DNA of 64,000 nt from the NCBI GenBank assembly GCA_016927655.1, contig JAFGMG010000012.1:42618-106617 (forward strand), in the 5' to 3' direction. Shown here piece after piece: positions 1 to 9,589 of the stretch (position 1 is the stretch's first letter; every line of letters starts with the position of its first letter). Both the position numbers and the translations under genes were made by a program. The notes under the pieces were generated by a model. It was not told the DNA's origin. It did no database searches and was given only the letters and a program-made list of their open reading frames with translations. This DNA comes from Candidatus Dojkabacteria bacterium. GTDB lineage: Bacteria; Patescibacteriota; Dojkabacteria; B142; JAFGMG01.

Positions 1-1989
1 TTGTGATTCGTTCATCTGTCCGTGTCCCAAAACAAAGCGTATTTCTGGAAGCAAAGCCTCGAGTTTTTTCCTTACTGATTGAATTGTCTGAACTCTGTTG
101 TGAACAAAATATACCTGTCCGCCTCTCTCAACTTCTTTTTTTATCGCATTTCGTATTTCATCCCAATTCTTTTCATGAACGAAAGTTGCAACAGGTTTTC
201 TTCCCTTTGGAGGAGTTGAAATGATAGAAATGTCCTGGATTTCTGCTAACGCCATACTGAGTGTTCTTGGAATCGGGGTAGCCGTCATACTTAGAATATG
301 GGCTCCATATTTTATTTGTTTAAGCTTCTCTTTTTGTCTTACTCCAAATTTCTGCTCCTCATCAATAATCACAAGTCCTAACTTCGCAATTTTTACATCA
401 GAGCTTAAAAGTCTGTGAGTGCCAATTATTATATCGATTTTGCCATTATTTAATTTTTCCACTGTGTCTCTATTTTCCATGCTGGCTCTAAACCTTGACA
501 GCATATCTACTTTCATTCCAAATTTCTTAAAACGATCTTTAAAAACCTTGTAATGCTGCATGGCAAGAACTGTAGTCGGACAAAGAACAGCAACTTGATA
601 GCCGTCCTGGACAACCTTGAATGCGGCTCGCATTGCGACTTCTGTTTTTCCGAAACCGACATCGCCGACAATCAGCCTGTTCATTGGGTTTTGGCTGGCA
701 ATATCTGACAAAACATCTCTAATAGTTGCCCTTTGATCCTCTGTCTCTTCATAGCCAAAACCACTTACAAATTTCTCATAAGCAGCGTCCTGACTTGTTT
801 GAATTATTGGTGCTTTTGAAAGCTCGATTTTTGCATAATGCTCGGCTAGATCTTTAGCAAATAGAATTATTGATTTCCTAGCTTTTTTTGCAATTTTCTG
901 CCAGGTCTGCCTGTCAAGAGTAGTAATTACAGGCGGCTCACTCGATACATTGATAAATTTGGTTACTTTGTGTAATTGATTAAAGGGGATTAAAAGCTCA
1001 TCCTCATTTGCATAGCCAAGACTTAAATATTCCTCTTTGTTTTCTCTAACCAGCCCTTTATAGAGGCCGATCCCATGATCTTCGTGTACAAGATAATCAC
1101 CAATTTCTACTTCGCCTTCAATTTTTTCAAGCAGCTGTCTGGCTTTTTTGGAGCTTATTTTCTTTTGTTTTTCCTTGGTAATAAACAGCGTCCCAAACAA
1201 TTCCCGATCAGTGAAAAATGCTGTTTTATCTTTCTTATCTAAAAATCCTGCTGCCAGGTCTGTTTTTTTACTGAGGTATTTTTTCAGCGTATCAGGGAGC
1301 TGCATTTCATGCTTGGTTTGGATAAGGATTTTCCAGCCAGCATTTTCCAGCCTTTGCATTTCTCTTTCAAACAAATCAATTCTTCCATAAAACAGCTGCG
1401 GATAATCCATCGCAAGTTCAATTGTACTATCTGCAGCTAGTGGAAAATGTCCAAATACTATTATTTGATAAATACCAGCCAGTTTGTCTGCTTTAGTTTC
1501 AATACTTATATTTCCCCATTCGACCTTATCGTCTAAAATGTGTGTATCGCCAATAATTATTTCACTTATTTTTTCTACTTCAGTTCCATAAATTTCATCG
1601 TAAATATACATTTTCTCAATCTCTTCATCGAAAAACTCTATTCTAATTGGATGTAAATAGCCGATTGGCCAGGCTGATATCACATCTCCAATTCTTGAAA
1701 ACTGCCCAGTCTCCTCAACCTTTGGACAAATCTCAAATCCGTTTTTCTCTAAAATCAGTTCAACTGCTGCATATGTGAAATTTTTATCTAATTGTTCGAT
1801 ATTTTGAAGAAATCTCTCAATTTCGCTTGTCCAGTTTCTAACTATTATTAGATTAGCAGATTTTGCCTTACTGGATCTGTACTTCGAGAGGATTTTATCT
1901 TGTAAATGCGTGAGTCCCCCTTTTATATTTATGAGGGGGTATGCAAAACGGTTGTTTTTTCTAATTGTCGCATTTGCAAACATGAACAT
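1..1989 (-). CDS. mfd: Transcription-repair coupling factor Mfd (C-terminus runs off the left window edge; start uncertain, Met at 1989 or 1983)
   Basis: Manual minus-strand translation in the frame whose codons start at positions 1 mod 3 gives the Walker A motif GDVGFGKTEVAMRAAFKVVQDG near 600-660 and ...LLPEIRFAVGHGQM at positions 1-60, matching the E. coli Mfd motif I and TRG-region pattern. There is no in-frame stop between 1 and 2046. This ORF is absent from the supplied track because its stop lies outside the window. Confidence 0.88.
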   Translation of the reverse strand, partial: MFMFANATIRKNNRFAYPLINIKGGLTHLQDKILSKYRSSKAKSANLIIVRNWTSEIERFLQNIEQLDKNFTYAAVELILEKNGFEICPKVEETGQFSRIGDVISAWPIGYLHPIRIEFFDEEIEKMYIYDEIYGTEVEKISEIIIGDTHILDDKVEWGNISIETKADKLAGIYQIIVFGHFPLAADSTIELAMDYPQLFYGRIDLFEREMQRLENAGWKILIQTKHEMQLPDTLKKYLSKKTDLAAGFLDKKDKTAFFTDRELFGTLFITKEKQKKISSKKARQLLEKIEGEVEIGDYLVHEDHGIGLYKGLVRENKEEYLSLGYANEDELLIPFNQLHKVTKFINVSSEPPVITTLDRQTWQKIAKKARKSIILFAKDLAEHYAKIELSKAPIIQTSQDAAYEKFVSGFGYEETEDQRATIRDVLSDIASQNPMNRLIVGDVGFGKTEVAMRAAFKVVQDGYQVAVLCPTTVLAMQHYKVFKDRFKKFGMKVDMLSRFRASMENRDTVEKLNNGKIDIIIGTHRLLSSDVKIAKLGLVIIDEEQKFGVRQKEKLKQIKYGAHILSMTATPIPRTLSMALAEIQDISIISTPPKGRKPVATFVHEKNWDEIRNAIKKEVERGGQVYFVHNRVQTIQSVRKKLEALLPEIRFVLGHGQMNESQ

Positions 1990-2007
1990 GTGTATTATAC
2001 TGTAGAC

Positions 2008-2721
2008 ATGAAGTATTACAAAACGGATGAAAAAGAAGTGGATGGTTTAACCGGGAAAGAAATTGAAGAACTATATGATGATGGCTATGTACTGACTAGA
2101 ATTGGCAAACTCCAGCAGACAAGGAGCTTGAGGATCGATCTATCTGTATTTGAGCCAAGCAGCGAAAACAGGCGTGTTTTAAGAAAAGCGGAAGAGCTGG
2201 AAATGCTTTCATTTGATCTGCCGTTACCAGATAATTCAACAAACTGGAAAGTGCATTCACTTGGTAAAGTTTTTTATAAAGAAAAATTTGATGATGCCGG
2301 CTTTAGTGCGAATAAAATCCGCGAATTGCTGCTAACAAAACAAAACAAGTTTAATAAATTGTTTGTTTTCTATCAGAATAATCAACTCCCAAATAATGTA
2401 GCTGCAGAAAGCATCGATCATTCAAAGACGCTTGGCTACGTAATCTGCTATATGACGGAGTCAATTTTGCACTATTGTTATCCTTTTTATGATCTGATGA
2501 ATTCCGGCTCTTTCCCTATTGGAATGGCGATGATGCTTGAAGCGATAATTTGGGCAAAAGAGCAGAATTTAAAGTACATTTATCTGGGCTCTTTTACCAG
2601 ACCTGCTGATAGATATAAGCTTCAATTTAAAGGTCTAGAATGGTTTGACTCAGCTATTAGAAAGGAAAAAGATGGGCAGCTATGGTCAAAAGATCTTGAT
2701 AAACTAAAGACACTCGCTTGA
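2008..2721 (+). CDS. Arginyl/leucyl-tRNA--protein transferase-like protein (Ate1/Bpt ATE_C-like); alternative start at 1906 would add a Cys-rich N-terminus
   Basis: ORF 1906..2721. The C-terminal region LKYIYLGSFTRPADRYKLQFKGLEWFD resembles the YxYLGY...YKxxFxP pattern of ATE_C domains. A CxnCxxC motif sits in the 1906-2007 extension. The gene is divergent from mfd. Confidence 0.5.
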   Translation: MKYYKTDEKEVDGLTGKEIEELYDDGYVLTRIGKLQQTRSLRIDLSVFEPSSENRRVLRKAEELEMLSFDLPLPDNSTNWKVHSLGKVFYKEKFDDAGFSANKIRELLLTKQNKFNKLFVFYQNNQLPNNVAAESIDHSKTLGYVICYMTESILHYCYPFYDLMNSGSFPIGMAMMLEAIIWAKEQNLKYIYLGSFTRPADRYKLQFKGLEWFDSAIRKEKDGQLWSKDLDKLKTLA

Positions 2722-2740
2722 TCTTGCCTGCAGCCTTGAT

Positions 2741-3037
2741 TTACTTGACCAATTTCCAGTTTTCAGCAAGCAGCGTGACGACAGCTTTTGCTTCTTTGTC
2801 CTTTTTGGAAGTATACGCCTCATAATCTGGCTGACCGTATATGAAGACCGTGTCGCCTTTTTTAATCAGCTTTGAAGCAGCTTCTGCTCTTTTGCCAAAA
2901 AAGACCACATCGTAAAAATACGTTGTCTCCTCATCTTCTTTTTTCTTTATGTTTACAGCAACTCCAAATTTGGCGTAGCTCTTCTTTGCTTTGCTTTTTT
3001 TGACTTCAACGTCAGTGGTAGCACGACCAAGCACCAT
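2741..3037 (-). CDS. Short SSB-like OB-fold protein (second ssb paralog with no acidic C-terminal tail)
   Basis: ...ETTYFYDVVFFGKRAEAASKLIKKGDTVFIYGQ resembles the E. coli SSB [31 protein letters not shown] region. The start was chosen at MVLGRATT; the track ORF extends to 3106. Confidence 0.5.
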   Translation of the reverse strand: MVLGRATTDVEVKKSKAKKSYAKFGVAVNIKKKEDEETTYFYDVVFFGKRAEAASKLIKKGDTVFIYGQPDYEAYTSKKDKEAKAVVTLLAENWKLVK

Positions 3038-3151
3038 TAAATGATGAAAATACATAAAAATAAAATAATAATTAATGCCGACTTTATAGCAAAGGGAAAT
3101 TGCCAAAATATGGAATATTAATGAAGGAATGATGGAAATTGATGGAAATTA

Positions 3152-4090
3152 CTAAAATCTGTGCAAATCATAGCTGCGCCCCTCTCCCTCAAACCAGGTT
3201 ATCTGCCTTTTGGCGTACTGTTTATGAGCCAGCGCGATCTTCTCAATCAATTCACCCTTAGATTTTATTACGCCATCAATATACTCAATTGTTTGTCTAT
3301 AACCAGTTGCCTGCATTGATTTGAGATCCTTGGCAAAGCCTTTTGCCAAAAGGGCCTCTACTTCCTCTATCAATCCTTCATTAACCATCTCCTCAGCCCG
3401 TTTTTCTATTTTTCTTATCAACTCTTCCTGTTTGTAGTTCGGATAATAAAACTCTACCTCATAGGTATCTATTATTCCCATGCTCGATTTTCCAATTAGC
3501 CTTTTATCATACTGTTTCTCAATTTTTCGAATCAACCTCCTTGGATTTTTCTGATCGGATTCATTAAGTTTATCTAAATCAAAACCAGTGTTTTCAAGCT
3601 CCTGCTGGAGTCTTTTTAGATCCAATACCTCAAGTTTTCTTCTAAGTTCTGGATTAGGTGCTGCTTTCATTTCGTACCCTTTAATCAATCCATCTATATA
3701 CAAACCGCTGCCACCAACGATTATTGGTGTTTTTTTACGTTTTATAATATTTTTAATAACTGCGATTGCGAGGATTTGGAAATGTGCAACGGTGAAATTG
3801 AAATCTGGAGGGACAATGTCAAACATCCAGCCTATGACCCCGGATCCCTCTATTTCAAAAGGGCAGATTTCAAAATTCCTTTCTAGTGCCTCGACTTTTA
3901 TCGGGCTTTCTAATGAAGATCGCTTCATCTTTTCTTTATTCGTGCCAATATCCATTCCCTCATAAACCTGCATCGAATCAGCATTAACGATTTCACCATC
4001 AACCTCACGGGCGAGTTCAATCGCCTTCGAGGTTTTGCCCGATGCTGTCGGGCCGCCGATTATGTAAATCTTATTTGGGAGCTTTATCAT
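3152..4090 (-). CDS. miaA: tRNA dimethylallyltransferase
   Basis: N-terminal P-loop IYIIGGPTASGKTSKAIELAR...VNADSMQVY is typical of MiaA; 312 aa. Confidence 0.88.
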   Translation of the reverse strand: MIKLPNKIYIIGGPTASGKTSKAIELAREVDGEIVNADSMQVYEGMDIGTNKEKMKRSSLESPIKVEALERNFEICPFEIEGSGVIGWMFDIVPPDFNFTVAHFQILAIAVIKNIIKRKKTPIIVGGSGLYIDGLIKGYEMKAAPNPELRRKLEVLDLKRLQQELENTGFDLDKLNESDQKNPRRLIRKIEKQYDKRLIGKSSMGIIDTYEVEFYYPNYKQEELIRKIEKRAEEMVNEGLIEEVEALLAKGFAKDLKSMQATGYRQTIEYIDGVIKSKGELIEKIALAHKQYAKRQITWFEGEGRSYDLHRF

Positions 4091-4979
4091 CCAAGAGATC
4101 CATTATAATTTTCGTCCAGTAAGCATATGAATATACTTGATATGGACTATTAACTGTTCCAGCGAGAATTAAAATACCTATAAGAGCAGCGACTAAGAAT
4201 ACCACACCGATTACTGAATTTACCAGCAGCATTCCGATCCCTAAAATCGTCAATATAATAGCTGGCACTCCCACTGCCATCAATGCAATGATCGCCCAGG
4301 CACAGCCTGGCACAATAGAGACAACTGCAGCAAGAATGATATTTAATACCCTTTCTTTCATCAGCTTAAATCCAGCCTTTATACTCTCCATAGCTCCGGC
4401 ATTATTTAGCACAAGATATCTATGCGCAATTGTATAGGTAATCGCCCAGCCGATAAAATAAATAATATAGAATGGCACCAGACAGCAAAGCAGAATAAAT
4501 ACTGGAGGAAATATTATTCCTCCGATAACTAGAACTATCAATGGCAAAAATACTAAAAAATTTATCGCAAAGCCCGTAAGATCAAGCATCATAATATCAA
4601 GAGCGTGTGACTGGCCATCCCTCCAGCTAGATTTTAGACTCAAATCCTGTGAGTTTCTGTCTTTTTTGACAGCCTCGGTTAGAGCGCCCTTTGACACACT
4701 AAGTAAATACCAGCCAATCAGGGAGACAACAAATACAACACATAATCCAGCAATCAAGATAACCCAAAATAATGGGCTGAGAACAAAATCCTCCACATCA
4801 GACGCAAATTCGTCCATTTTTGCAGTATCTTCCGAACCGCTTGGGAAACTATAATTAGGACTCCCGCCGGAACCCCCGCCTCCGCCAAAGACTGTCAGAA
4901 TAAATCCAAAAACCCAGAGGAATTTGTATTTCCATGCAAATTCTATAGATTCTTTAATTTTATCGACATAATAATTCAT
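4071..4979 (-). CDS. Multi-pass membrane protein with Gly/Ser-rich segment (hypothetical)
   Basis: 302-aa ORF containing GGGGGSGGSPNY and several hydrophobic helices. It overlaps the miaA start by 20 nt. Confidence 0.5.
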   Translation of the reverse strand: MNYYVDKIKESIEFAWKYKFLWVFGFILTVFGGGGGSGGSPNYSFPSGSEDTAKMDEFASDVEDFVLSPLFWVILIAGLCVVFVVSLIGWYLLSVSKGALTEAVKKDRNSQDLSLKSSWRDGQSHALDIMMLDLTGFAINFLVFLPLIVLVIGGIIFPPVFILLCCLVPFYIIYFIGWAITYTIAHRYLVLNNAGAMESIKAGFKLMKERVLNIILAAVVSIVPGCAWAIIALMAVGVPAIILTILGIGMLLVNSVIGVVFLVAALIGILILAGTVNSPYQVYSYAYWTKIIMDLLDDKAPK

Positions 4980-5072
4980 AACTTTAGCGGGATAATAATT
5001 AATTAAGGTTTAATTTATTCGCTATCAAGATAGCATTATTTGCAAATGTCGTAAACTATATTTCAAATGGGC

Positions 5073-5102
5073 TTGACATCTTCGGCTTTCTTTCGGTATC
5101 AT
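5073..5102 (+). promoter_or_regulatory. Putative sigma70-type promoter for the small ORF-dinB operon (TTGACA-18 nt-TATCAT)
   Basis: TTGACA at 5073-5078 and TATCAT at 5097-5102, upstream of the ATG at 5110. Confidence 0.35.
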
Positions 5103-5109
5103 ACTGGTA

Positions 5110-5364
5110 ATGAAACGCTATGAAAAAGTCCACGAACCAGTCAATGTTGTTGTAGTTTACAAAGCCGGCAAAACTCGAATTGAAGGGTTTAAATGGCAGA
5201 ATGAACTCTATAGAATCTCCAGAAATAACTTGCTGACAAAAGCGCAAAAAGGTTCTGTGCCCATTTATTTATTTTCAGTCTCAAATGACAAAGGAGCCTA
5301 CCAGCTTAGATTTGAAACTGACACTTTAGATTGGTTTTTGGAAGAAATTATTTGGGAAGATTAG
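5110..5364 (+). CDS. Small hypothetical protein co-oriented with and immediately upstream of dinB
   Basis: 84-aa ORF ending 4 nt before the dinB start. The overlapping minus-strand ORF 5056..5247 was judged less likely. Confidence 0.4.
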   Translation: MKRYEKVHEPVNVVVVYKAGKTRIEGFKWQNELYRISRNNLLTKAQKGSVPIYLFSVSNDKGAYQLRFETDTLDWFLEEIIWED

Positions 5365-5367
5365 CTA

Positions 5368-6630
5368 ATGCAACTACCAGAGCCCAGAAGAACAATTTTG
5401 CATATTGATTTGAATTCTTTCTTTGCAACAGCAGAGCAGCAGGCAAATCCCTTTTTGCGCGGTAAATCTATGGGAGTCGGGATGAGAGATTACGCCGGAT
5501 CGGCGATTTTGGCAGCGTCGTATCCTGCAAAATGGCAGGGGATTGGGCTTTCGACTAGATACAATGTAGCCAAAAGTATTGACCCGGATTTTGAGCTGGC
5601 TAGTATGGATCCGGTTAAATATTATGATCTGCACAACAGATTTATTGCCATTTTGCAGCAGTTTAGCCCGCAAATTGAAATTTACAGTATAGATGAAGCC
5701 TTTCTGGACATTACCAATCTCACCAAGTCCAGGCGCGATGCGTGGGAAATAAGCTTTGAAGCCAAGCATCAAATCACCAGACAAATGGGAGCAGCGATTA
5801 CTTGCAGTATCGGCATCGCGCCTAACAAACTTCTTGCCAAAATCGCTTCCGACCACGATAAGCCGGATGGTATTACCGAAATCAAGTGGGAAGAGAGGTT
5901 CGAATATCTTGATCCCCTTCCAATTCAGGACGTCTGGGGCATCGGACGAAACATCAGCTACAAAATGAACAAAGCGGGGATCCATACCATTAGACAGATT
6001 CGGGAATTGAGCGACGACGCACTTTACGCCATTATCAAAGGGTACTACAGCAGACTTAGATTGCTCGTTGATGGTTACAACTTCGAACCCGTAACTTCTA
6101 ATCGAGAAAGAAAGCCCGCGCAAAGTATGCAGCATGCGCATACTTTGCATAACGCAACAAGCAGCAAGGCAGAGCTTCATTCACTCGCAAAAAAAATGTC
6201 TGAACGTCTAGCCATCAGACTAAGAAGGCACAGCCAGCGAAGTTCCAAGGGCTTTATTAGTTTTGCATACGCAAATATGGGGAAATACGACTGGAACTTC
6301 GCCCATTGGTTCGGGAGCAATTTTGCTCTGGGAGAACTTACCGATTCTGGCGAGAAAATTTATAGAGCTTGTGCGCCAATAATTGATGAGACAGAGCTTA
6401 AACAGAAAATTAGAAGAATTACGGTCGGACTTTTTGATCTGAGTATTCCGGATCAATTGATTTTGGAAAAACCATCAAAAGAAAGTTCACTGAAATCTGC
6501 GATTGATGAGATCAATGATCGTTTTGGCAGTTTCAAAATCCGCACCGCAGATATCCTCCATCAATACGCTAAAGAGACAGAACTCTCCAGCGCTAAACAC
6601 AACATGCGCTTTCATGCCTGCCTGCCGTGA
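5368..6630 (+). CDS. dinB: DNA polymerase IV (Y-family)
   Basis: LHIDLNSFFATAEQQANPFLRGKSMGV... matches the Y-family polymerase N-terminus (DxD...FFA). 420 aa, TGA stop. Confidence 0.88.
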   Translation: MQLPEPRRTILHIDLNSFFATAEQQANPFLRGKSMGVGMRDYAGSAILAASYPAKWQGIGLSTRYNVAKSIDPDFELASMDPVKYYDLHNRFIAILQQFSPQIEIYSIDEAFLDITNLTKSRRDAWEISFEAKHQITRQMGAAITCSIGIAPNKLLAKIASDHDKPDGITEIKWEERFEYLDPLPIQDVWGIGRNISYKMNKAGIHTIRQIRELSDDALYAIIKGYYSRLRLLVDGYNFEPVTSNRERKPAQSMQHAHTLHNATSSKAELHSLAKKMSERLAIRLRRHSQRSSKGFISFAYANMGKYDWNFAHWFGSNFALGELTDSGEKIYRACAPIIDETELKQKIRRITVGLFDLSIPDQLILEKPSKESSLKSAIDEINDRFGSFKIRTADILHQYAKETELSSAKHNMRFHACLP

Positions 6631-6649
6631 GAAAGGGGATATTTGAACT

Positions 6650-6919
6650 CTACCATGACTCAAGACCCTTCTCTCTCATCGAGAGAAATTCTATTTCATA
6701 CTGTAAGACATCTAGGACTTTTAATAAGCTCTCAAGCTTGACTGGTTCACCCCTTTCGAGTTTCCAAATAGTCTTAGTACTCAATCCCGTCAGTTCAGAT
6801 AGTTTCGTAGCAGAGACTCCAACGTTACGCCTCATAAATTTAACCTGATAGCCAATTTCGGCTTGTCTGGCTTTGACATCATTGTATGGAGGTTTCAATT
6901 TTCGCAGCTCAGGCAACAT
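6650..6919 (-). CDS. Small XRE-family HTH protein
   Basis: HTH segment SATKLSELTGLSTKTIWKLERGEPVKLESLLKVLDVL. Paralogous to the ORF at 35220..35516. Confidence 0.55.
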   Translation of the reverse strand: MLPELRKLKPPYNDVKARQAEIGYQVKFMRRNVGVSATKLSELTGLSTKTIWKLERGEPVKLESLLKVLDVLQYEIEFLSMREKGLESW

Positions 6920-7077
6920 GTCTTGATATTTAACTACTTACTTTGGGTTAATGTTTTTTATTATATCAAATTTTACCCTTGAGAAGCTCCTGCTGGCGAA
7001 TCAAACGGAGAATGATTTTCTTATTGAATATTTTCTTAACCGATAGTAAGTGGCCGATTTCTTGGCATACGTCTATA

Positions 7078-7647
7078 TCATTGATCTTTCATCAACGCAT
7101 AGAAGTCTTCATATCCCATTTGAATTGCAGTGTATGCCATATCTACGAGACTCCAAATGTTATGTGGAATAAGTAAACCATCATTAACTTTTTCTCCAGC
7201 ATATTCTGATAGTACAGTTTTTACTGGCATCCATTCAAATCCGATAATTTCAGAGCTGGGAGTGACAGAGAAACTTAATTCCTCGTCTAACCAGATAATT
7301 CCAGCATAATCCATACAGGGTTTACCGTCCTTTTGCCATGCACTTCCCACAACGAATTTTAAGTTATCATCATATGCTATAGGATTTGTTACACCTTCCT
7401 CCCTTAACTCCCTATCAAAAGCAGCGTACCACAATTCTTCAAGAGTTGGTTTGTCACCAAATGCTGCTTCTAAAGAGTCAAAGTCGCATGTTTCAATGGC
7501 TCCACCTGGAAGTAACAAATAACCTTTATGGTGTTTGAGCATTAAAACCTCTGGATCTTTTGGATTTCTTAATAAGATTACCTTCGCGCCTTTTCGGAAA
7601 GTTTCGACATCTTCTCTTTCAAGATTTCCACCAGAGAGAATAGACAT
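7078..7647 (-). CDS. NUDIX-like hydrolase (Nudix box with an insertion)
   Basis: LPGGAIE...AAFDRELREEGV resembles the GX5EX7REUXEEXGU Nudix motif. Confidence 0.45.
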   Translation of the reverse strand: MSILSGGNLEREDVETFRKGAKVILLRNPKDPEVLMLKHHKGYLLLPGGAIETCDFDSLEAAFGDKPTLEELWYAAFDRELREEGVTNPIAYDDNLKFVVGSAWQKDGKPCMDYAGIIWLDEELSFSVTPSSEIIGFEWMPVKTVLSEYAGEKVNDGLLIPHNIWSLVDMAYTAIQMGYEDFYALMKDQ

Positions 7648-7677
7648 AATAGAAATTTTAAAAAAGACGGCAGTTTA

Positions 7678-9039
7678 TCAAGCCTCTTCTGCTATTTTCA
7701 TAAGCTTTTTCTTCACCGCTTCTTGATCGCTCCATGGATATTCTCTTTCTTCTGCACCAAAGGCCAGACTCTTTTCATGACCTTTTCCAGTTATGAAAAC
7801 TATATCGTTTTTTTCGGCAAGTTTTAGAGCCAGATCAATTGCATCCTCCCTGCTTCTCGGGCTATTTTCGTCAAATGCAAAAAATGGTTTATGCTTACTC
7901 TCAAAAGCTTCCCGCACTTTACTTTGCAATTCCTGCAAATCTGCGCTTTGATAAAGCTTTCTATTTGCAAATCTTTTTATTAGAGCTGCACCCTCTTTAA
8001 CTCCATGTAAAATTATTTCATCATTCACTTCCTCAAGTAACTCATCTCTTGGATCCTCGGATGTCAAAATTGTAATATCCGCCATTTTTGCACTCACAGC
8101 ACCCATCCGTCTTCTGCCTTTGTCCCTTTTGCCCGCACATCCAAAGACAGCTATTATTCTTGAATTCTTGTGTTTGATAGAAACTACAGACTCCAAAGCT
8201 CTTTGTAAAGCACCGGGAGTATGGGCAAAATCAACGATCACCCCAAATGGCTTTGACTGCATTATCTGCATCCTGCCTTCCGGAGTTTTAAAACTAGTCA
8301 GTGCATCTTTGATCTTTTCTAATGGGAGATATCGCTGCATAACCCTTATTGCCTGCAGGGCATTTTCAAAATTATGTTCGCCCAAAATTGGTATCCTAAA
8401 ATGAATATCGTCAAGATCAAATTCAAGCCCCTTTATACTCATAGATTTATTCTTCAAATTCCTTTTAGACACCCATTTCACATAAACAAGCTGTTTTAGA
8501 TCATCCGATCTTTGAGTAAGCCACTTAGCACTTTTTTCATCGTCTTGATTCAATACGGCCAAACCTTCGTGTCTCAATCCTTCAATAAGCTTGAATTTCG
8601 CCCTTGCATAATTCTCCCAGGTTTTATGATAGTCGAGATGGTCTTCTCTGATATTTGTAATAATTGCAGCATCAAATTCTATATAGCTCAATCTGTTTTG
8701 ATCAAGCCCATTTGAAGTCGATTCTAAAACGACATATTCCATGCCAGCTTTTTTCATCATTTTCAGATACTTGGGAACCACCCATGGATCTGGTGTCGTT
8801 ACATGCAGCCCTGAATCAAGACTTTTATCACCAACCAGCACCTCAATCGTGCTTATCATACCGACCTTCATCCCAGAAGCCTTCAAGATATGATAAATCA
8901 TCGAAACGGTGGTCGTTTTGCCATCAGTCCCGGTAACCCCGATTATCTTTAAATTCTTAGCTGGGAAGCCATATCTGATATTTGCAATATATGCTTGGAA
9001 TTTATGAATTCTATTTTTTATCAGTCTTATCATTCCCAA
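7678..9039 (-). CDS. Mur ligase family protein (MurE/MurT-like; P-loop near the N-terminus)
   Basis: IIGVTGTDGKTTTVSMIYHIL P-loop and ...NIREDHLDYH motif. 453 aa, at the end of the dcw-type cluster. Confidence 0.7.
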   Translation of the reverse strand: MGMIRLIKNRIHKFQAYIANIRYGFPAKNLKIIGVTGTDGKTTTVSMIYHILKASGMKVGMISTIEVLVGDKSLDSGLHVTTPDPWVVPKYLKMMKKAGMEYVVLESTSNGLDQNRLSYIEFDAAIITNIREDHLDYHKTWENYARAKFKLIEGLRHEGLAVLNQDDEKSAKWLTQRSDDLKQLVYVKWVSKRNLKNKSMSIKGLEFDLDDIHFRIPILGEHNFENALQAIRVMQRYLPLEKIKDALTSFKTPEGRMQIMQSKPFGVIVDFAHTPGALQRALESVVSIKHKNSRIIAVFGCAGKRDKGRRRMGAVSAKMADITILTSEDPRDELLEEVNDEIILHGVKEGAALIKRFANRKLYQSADLQELQSKVREAFESKHKPFFAFDENSPRSREDAIDLALKLAEKNDIVFITGKGHEKSLAFGAEEREYPWSDQEAVKKKLMKIAEEA

Positions 9040-9589
9040 ATGCTAATTTTAATTTATTTCTAATCCGGTGCAGCCTGGTGCCAATATTTGTTTCTGAAAG
9101 TCCAACTAGTTTCGCAATTGATTTATTGTCCATTCCTTCGAAATATTTATAATAAATCAGGTATTGATCCTGGTCTTTAAATTCTCTTATTGCATTATAC
9201 AAGTGAATGTAGTCTTCGTCATCGATAAGCATTTGCAGAGTACTTTCACTTTGCGCCTCAATAAATTCAGAAATATCTTCTAAGGAAACCGAACCTTTGT
9301 ATTTATTGCTTTTACGATAATGATCTATCACTGTATTTCTTGCTACCCGGAATATCCATGCACTCATCGAAATACCCTGCCATTGGAAGTCATCAATCGA
9401 CTTCATAATTTTCTCAAAAATCTGGCTTGTCAGATCTTCAGCAATATGCTGATCACTCACTCTGCGAAGTACGAAATCGTAAACTCTTTCATGATAACTC
9501 TCATAAACTAATGTGAAATCTTTCTTGTTAAGCTTTTCCTTATCAGCAAGCTTTTTCTGTTCTTGTGGGTTATCAATTAGATTGTTCAA
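9011..9589 (-). CDS. ECF-type sigma-70 family RNA polymerase sigma factor
   Basis: Region-2-like YDFVLRRVSDQHIAEDLTSQIF and region-4 HTH LVGLSETNIGTRLHRIRNKL. 192 aa. Confidence 0.75.
   Translation of the reverse strand: MNNLIDNPQEQKKLADKEKLNKKDFTLVYESYHERVYDFVLRRVSDQHIAEDLTSQIFEKIMKSIDDFQWQGISMSAWIFRVARNTVIDHYRKSNKYKGSVSLEDISEFIEAQSESTLQMLIDDEDYIHLYNAIREFKDQDQYLIYYKYFEGMDNKSIAKLVGLSETNIGTRLHRIRNKLKLAFGNDKTDKK

Noticed and set aside
3588-3965. 125-aa plus-strand ORF inside miaA
   Set aside because: It is antisense to miaA with no motif. It is a shadow ORF. The same applies to 8120..8404, 12101..12499, 17298..17696, 19660..20028, 26665..27045, 27296..27958, 38476..39279, 44351..44976 and 53698..54082.
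5374-6180. 268-aa minus-strand ORF inside dinB
   Set aside because: It lies entirely antisense to a strongly supported dinB CDS, and the translation is low complexity and Cys/Arg-rich. It is a shadow ORF.
6628-6630. Stop-codon reassignment (UGA as a sense codon) as in some CPR lineages
   Set aside because: dinB and several other confident genes terminate at TGA, and lepA terminates at TAG. The standard table 11 fits.
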